This document shows positions 59,993 through 64,000 of a DNA stretch of 64,000 bases, piece by piece (positions within the stretch are counted from its first letter, which is position 1; every line of letters starts with the position of its first letter). The position numbers were made by a program, and so were the translations under genes. The notes under the pieces were generated by a model. That model had not been told where the DNA came from and did no database searches. It was given only the letters and a program-made list of their open reading frames with translations. This DNA is from Vampirovibrionales bacterium (GTDB lineage Bacteria > Cyanobacteriota > Vampirovibrionia > Vampirovibrionales > JAGQHJ01), in the NCBI GenBank assembly GCA_025449835.1, contig JANWIO010000107.1, positions 7 to 64,006 of the forward strand, read 5' to 3'.

Positions 59993-60186
59993 TTCCAGAA
60001 AAAGCTTCCCTTTTCAAACAAATCTCAAGATAGTTTCATCATAACAAAACCAGCGCAACTCTCACAATGGATCGAGAATGCCTCAACAAACAAGCCCTTG
60101 CCTTGAGAATAGAATAACGTGTCCCTAATCCCTTTTTAAAAAGGCGATAGAGACACGCTAATCATTTTTATAAGCTGACAATGAGC

Positions 60187-60579
60187 TTATTTTTTACTGC
60201 TTTTTCCTGCACACTTGCCGGTGGCACATTTACCAGCTGAGCACTTGTGTTCAGGAGACTTTTTGGTTGTTGCTGCTTTTTTACTGGTTTTTCCAGCACA
60301 TTTACCTGTTGTACATTTTCCGGCTGAACATTTGTGCTCAGTGTTTTTCTTTACAGCCTGATGAGATTCTTTTTTGGCTTTACTACTACAAGCACCACTC
60401 CCACAAGATGATTTTCCACTTTTTTCAGCAATTAACTGCGGTGCAGGCATTTCGCTAATATGAAAAAGGCTACTATTGGTTGCAGAAACTGCCATAGCAG
60501 GTGTAGAAGCCAAAAGCCCCAGACCCAACAAAGATAATCCTAATGCTAAAGAAGTGGCTGTTTTATTTTTTTTCATCAC
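60187..60579 (-). CDS. Secreted Cys/Lys-rich tandem-repeat protein
   Basis: Signal peptide (…ASTPAMA|VS). Two near-identical 24-aa repeats EHKCSAGKC(T/A)TGKCAGK(T/S)SKK, plus an upstream SSCGSGACSS. 8 Cys within about 100 mature residues and no lipobox. A hairpin overlaps the stop codon. Confidence 0.6.
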   Translation of the reverse strand: MMKKNKTATSLALGLSLLGLGLLASTPAMAVSATNSSLFHISEMPAPQLIAEKSGKSSCGSGACSSKAKKESHQAVKKNTEHKCSAGKCTTGKCAGKTSKKAATTKKSPEHKCSAGKCATGKCAGKSSKK

Positions 60580-60841
60580 TAAACTCCTTTAAAAGCCAAC
60601 AAAACGCTTTTACTTTTTTCAATGACCCATCTCTTCTGATTTAGCGAGACAGAATCTAAAATACCACAAAATATCCCGGATAGCGTATTGAAAGTTTTAC
60701 GTTTTTCCAGAACAAAAAACATTGCCCCTCCTCTTCTTCACCTCAATCTCACCTATTATTGGCACAGTGTTTGGACTATAATGAACACTTATCCAAGATG
60801 ATTCAGTCGTTTAAGGATTAAGCAACGAGGAGGCAAACGAA

Positions 60842-61285
60842 ATGACACAAGCAACATTACAAAATGCACCAGATCTGCGCAAAGGATTTCCAAGAAGCCC
60901 AAATGAACTGGTGGGAGAGTATATTCTTTTAGGCCGCATTTTAGATAAATGCCGAGCAACCTTAGCGGGTACCAACGGCGAATACAATTTCAACTGCCCC
61001 TTGGATCAGCGCTTTTTTACATTCACCAGCATTGATGCAGATGCCTTTAAAGAACAAGTGGCTCAAGGAAAATCAGATCAAGACATGCTGGCCTGGGTAA
61101 AACAACACAGTACGGAGAGAACACCGGAAGAACTCTTATCCTGGGCATACGAAGCCCGCTGGACTGGACCAGCCGACGCTGAAACCAAAGCCTACTTTGA
61201 AAACTTGCGACGCCAAATTGCACCTAATCGCCCCTATATTCAAAGCTGGTTCCAGTTGTTAGATGCAGAAGAAGGTCGGTATTAA
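60842..61285 (+). CDS. Conserved hypothetical protein (DUF-type, 147 aa)
   Basis: ATG preceded by GAGGAGG. No catalytic motif recognised. Confidence 0.5.
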   Translation: MTQATLQNAPDLRKGFPRSPNELVGEYILLGRILDKCRATLAGTNGEYNFNCPLDQRFFTFTSIDADAFKEQVAQGKSDQDMLAWVKQHSTERTPEELLSWAYEARWTGPADAETKAYFENLRRQIAPNRPYIQSWFQLLDAEEGRY

Positions 61286-61327
61286 TTAATACAGAGCTAG
61301 TGCGTATGCGTTCTTGAATCTCTAAAA

Positions 61328-62524
61328 CTAGCCATTCAAGAGTGAAACAAGCTCGCTCAGTATAACACCGAACATCAAATTCATCGCCATATCTGATGAA
61401 TTTTGGGGAGCTGCTGAAGCAACTGCCCTATTTGTGTTGGAAAAATTGGTTGCCGTTGGGAAAGCTGTTGGTAATGTAGTGTTACTGGTTGGTGATAAGG
61501 CTGCGAATAAACTATGGGTCGCAGTTGAAAATACAGAATTTGAACCACCAAAGCTTGAAGCTGATGCAAGAAGATTCGAACTGACCTGCCCACTGGATGA
61601 AAATGCATTACTCACAGGTGTCGCTGACACAGGAGCCGCAGATCCGCCAAAACCTGATCCTCCAGACATGGCAAAAGCAAGTGCCAATAACGTAGAGGGA
61701 GCTAGGGAGTTAGCGGAAGTATTATTTGCTGATTTATCTTGAGTTGGTGTTGGCGTCGGTGTTGGTGTAGGCGTTGGTGTTGGTGTTGGTGTCGGTGTTG
61801 GTGTTGGTGTTGGTGTCGGCGTCGGTGTTAGCGTCGGCGTTGGTGTTGGAGTTGGCGTCGGCGTTGGTGTTAGAGTTGGCGTTGGTGTTGGAGTTGGCGT
61901 CGGCGTTGGTGTTGGCGTCGGCGTTGGGATCGGCGTCGGCGTCGGGATTGGTGTCGGCGATGGGATTGGCGTCGGCGTCGGGATTGGTGTCGGCGATGGG
62001 ATCGGCGTCGGCGTCGGGATTGGTGTCGGCGATGGGATTGGCGTCGGCGTCGGGATTGGTGTCGGCGTTGGTGCGCTTCTGGTGGTTGTTGTGCTCGGTG
62101 AAGTTAATGCATTCGCAATTGCCGATGCTAACGCATATGTATTCGCAGCAGAAGTGCTCGAAGAAGTCCCATATGTTGTTGAGGTAGTCGTATAGGTTGG
62201 TGTCGGGCTGGCAACAGAATACGTAGTCGCTGGTGGAACGTACGTAGATGTATAGGTTGGTGTCGTACTGGCAACAGAATACGAAGTCGCTGGCGGGACA
62301 TACGTAGATGTATAGGTTGGTATCGGATTCGTCGCAACGGTTGTGTAAGATGTTGGAATATATGTATCGACAGCACTTCTGGTGGTAGTAGTAGGGTATA
62401 ACGCATTCAATGCGACAAGACCGGCAGAAGACATCGGGTCAGTAGACGTTGTTGTCGTCACTCCCGGAATACCCGTCATATTTAACGCACTCATTGGGTC
62501 TAAATATGAATAAGTCGATGCCAT
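61328..62524 (-). CDS. Pro/Thr/Ser-rich repetitive protein with (PTPTPIPS)n and (PT)n tracts
   Basis: 398-aa ORF. N-terminal duplicated [12 protein letters not shown](S/T)YSVAS motif, about 110 residues of PT/PIP repeats, then an Ser/Ala/Thr-rich C-terminus ending in a short hydrophobic segment. No signal peptide. Confidence 0.55.
   Translation of the reverse strand: MASTYSYLDPMSALNMTGIPGVTTTTSTDPMSSAGLVALNALYPTTTTRSAVDTYIPTSYTTVATNPIPTYTSTYVPPATSYSVASTTPTYTSTYVPPATTYSVASPTPTYTTTSTTYGTSSSTSAANTYALASAIANALTSPSTTTTRSAPTPTPIPTPTPIPSPTPIPTPTPIPSPTPIPTPTPIPSPTPIPTPTPIPTPTPTPTPTPTPTPTPTLTPTPTPTPTPTPTLTPTPTPTPTPTPTPTPTPTPTPTPTPTPTQDKSANNTSANSLAPSTLLALAFAMSGGSGFGGSAAPVSATPVSNAFSSSGQVSSNLLASASSFGGSNSVFSTATHSLFAALSPTSNTTLPTAFPTATNFSNTNRAVASAAPQNSSDMAMNLMFGVILSELVSLLNG
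61741..62080. repeat. Coding tandem repeat tract (12-24-nt units, e.g. GGTGTTGGCGTC / GGGATTGGTGTCGGCGAT) encoding the PT/PIPS repeats
   Basis: Read directly from the sequence. This generates the spurious reverse-frame ORF 61774..62187. Confidence 0.8.
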
Positions 62525-62954
62525 CTGTTGCTATCTCTTCTCATCTTTATCCTTGAAAAACCCGTTTTTTACTTCAAATTATCCAAGGGAATATATAATG
62601 TATCTTTAACTTAAATAAAAAATTAATTTTCCCTAAAATTGCTTGTTTTTGACCGAAATATTGAAAGAATTAACAAAAATTTACATTTGAAAAAATTTCT
62701 TCCGTTTTTTAAAATCCAATATTGTAAAATTTCTCCTCTAGAAACAAGGTTAAAACAAGCAAATTTATTCCTACAAAAAGATTAAAGGCCGCTTGATAGG
62801 CGAAGAGAACCATGTCAAAGACACTCCCAATGTTTAATCCAGTAACAACCTAAAAATATCAAATAATAGGGCTTTGAATAGACTGACTAATTACGCTATA
62901 ATCCTTACCAAGCAGTCGTTCCCTAAAAAACCCTCGCTTAATTGAGGACCCTGT

Positions 62955-64000
62955 GTGCTAAATCGAATATTCATCATTGTTTTGATTCTTTGCTTTATGG
63001 CAGGTGGTTATGTTGCCTATACTGCTGTAACACTACCCAATGTGAGAGAAACATTAGAAAAGGGGATTGAGCCCTCTCAAACATCCCAAATTCTTGCAGA
63101 CGATCACTCAGTCATCATGTCTTACGGCATGTTCCAGCACAAACCGGTTCCTTTAGCCCAAATGCCCCATGCCCTTATCAATGCTCTTATTGCAACTGAA
63201 GATCGTCGATTTTATGAACACCATGGCATTGATCCCGTTGGAACCATGCGGGCGTTGGTGGAAGATATCATTCACCATGGTGCTTACGAGGGTGGGAGCA
63301 CCATCACACAACAATTGGCTCGAAACATTTTCCTTTCCAACGAGCGCTCCCTTCAACGAAAAGTCAAAGAAGCGCTACTGGCCATTAAACTGGAACAAGA
63401 CCTCACCAAAGATCAGATTTTAGACCTTTACTTAAACAATGTTTATTTTGGAGAAGGAGCTTACGGTGTGGGGGCTGCCAGTAACATTTACTTCGGGAAG
63501 CCACCAGATCAACTCGATACTGCGGAATGTGCCCTTTTGGCTGGCTTACCACAAGCTCCCTCTTTGTATAATCCATTTGCCAATCCAGACCTCGCTATCA
63601 AACGACGTAACGAAGTTTTACAAAAAATGGTAGAAGATCATAAACTGTCCGCATCTGCTGCAAAGCGACTGTCTAAAGAACATCTCCACCTAAACCCCTT
63701 GGGACAATCCAGTGCATCGGCTGATAAAGCCCCTTTCTTTAACCATTATGTCATTCAACGGGCCCTGAGTTTACTGGATATGGACGAACAAACCTTTTGG
63801 CAGGAAGGATTAAAAGTTTATACCACATTAGACCCCCGAGCCCAGTATTATGCAGACACTTCTGTTCGGGGATTAAGCCGAGCCTTTGGCAGAACGGGTA
63901 AAAAACAACAAGCGGCCCTTCTCTCTTTAGGCAGTAATGGCGGCATTATTGCTTACGTAGGCGGAAAAGATTATTCCATAAGCCAATACGATCGGGTATA
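62955..64000 (+). CDS. Class A penicillin-binding protein (PBP1A-type), 5' part: TM anchor + GT51 transglycosylase domain; 3'-truncated by window edge
   Basis: GTG start. Single TM (IFIIVLILCFMAGGYVAY). GT51 motifs EDRRFYEHHGID, GGSTITQQLARN, and a RKxxE-type segment. Confidence 0.85.
   Translation, partial: MLNRIFIIVLILCFMAGGYVAYTAVTLPNVRETLEKGIEPSQTSQILADDHSVIMSYGMFQHKPVPLAQMPHALINALIATEDRRFYEHHGIDPVGTMRALVEDIIHHGAYEGGSTITQQLARNIFLSNERSLQRKVKEALLAIKLEQDLTKDQILDLYLNNVYFGEGAYGVGAASNIYFGKPPDQLDTAECALLAGLPQAPSLYNPFANPDLAIKRRNEVLQKMVEDHKLSASAAKRLSKEHLHLNPLGQSSASADKAPFFNHYVIQRALSLLDMDEQTFWQEGLKVYTTLDPRAQYYADTSVRGLSRAFGRTGKKQQAALLSLGSNGGIIAYVGGKDYSISQYDRV

Noticed and set aside
60160-60190. Hairpin ATAAGCT-N7-AGCTTAT as terminator of the Cys-rich gene
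   Set aside because: It overlaps the stop codon, but on the coding (minus) strand it is followed by an A-tract, not a U-tract. It looks like a plus-strand terminator with nothing upstream to terminate. Function unclear.
61774-62187. 137-aa plus-strand ORF ([10 protein letters not shown]…)
   Set aside because: Reverse-frame read-through of the PT tandem repeat tract. It is a low-complexity artefact.
1-64000. CRISPR arrays, tRNA/rRNA genes, transposases/integrases
   Set aside because: No regularly spaced direct repeats were seen. Intergenic space is too limited, and no rRNA/tRNA-like conserved blocks or transposase or integrase motifs were recognised by eye. A tRNA-scan would be needed to be certain about tRNAs.

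Overview
This 64 kb window is bacterial chromosomal DNA of roughly 43-45% GC, densely coded. The encoded proteins (LPS transport, flagellar export, Tad secretin) indicate a Gram-negative organism. Most proteins are too divergent from textbook proteobacterial orthologues for me to assign a genus.

Main contents, in order along the window:
- a flagellar export-apparatus operon, fliP-fliQ-fliR-flhB (FlhB is 3'-truncated at the window edge);
- an lptC/A-like, lptB, lptFG operon ending in an atypical DnaJ-like gene;
- a block of secreted proteins with TolC-like N-terminal motifs, plus a PfkB sugar kinase;
- a near-complete Tad/Flp-type tight-adherence pilus locus of about 13 kb: tadC, tadB, cpaF, cpaE, cpaC secretin, cpaB, a TadE-like pseudopilin, two Tad_N-domain TadG-like proteins (one carrying a vWA domain), and a MerR-family regulator embedded in opposite orientation. 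No recognisable flp pilin or tadV prepilin peptidase is visible;
- housekeeping genes: peroxiredoxin, thiL-like, ispD, lepA, proS, icd, rnc, cdsA, a partial class A PBP, and fatty-acid beta-oxidation genes (fadE-like acyl-CoA dehydrogenase, fused fadB-like);
- several genes or gene pairs of unknown function:
  - a tandem ClpP-like protein (degenerate copy plus intact copy) next to a PaaK-like ligase and a Zn-ribbon methyltransferase;
  - two paralogous small Gly/Pro-rich proteins flanking the peroxiredoxin;
  - a Cys/Lys-rich tandem-repeat secreted protein;
  - a Pro-Thr repeat protein;
  - an ankyrin-repeat protein;
  - an HD-domain protein resembling only the HD module of GlnD;
  - a 785-bp ORF-free region that ends in a perfect intrinsic terminator, which I read as a candidate ncRNA gene.

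No rRNA, tRNA, CRISPR array or mobile element was recognised. All calls rest on motif recognition in the supplied translations and on inspection of start codons, ribosome-binding sites (RBS) and hairpins. No database search was possible.
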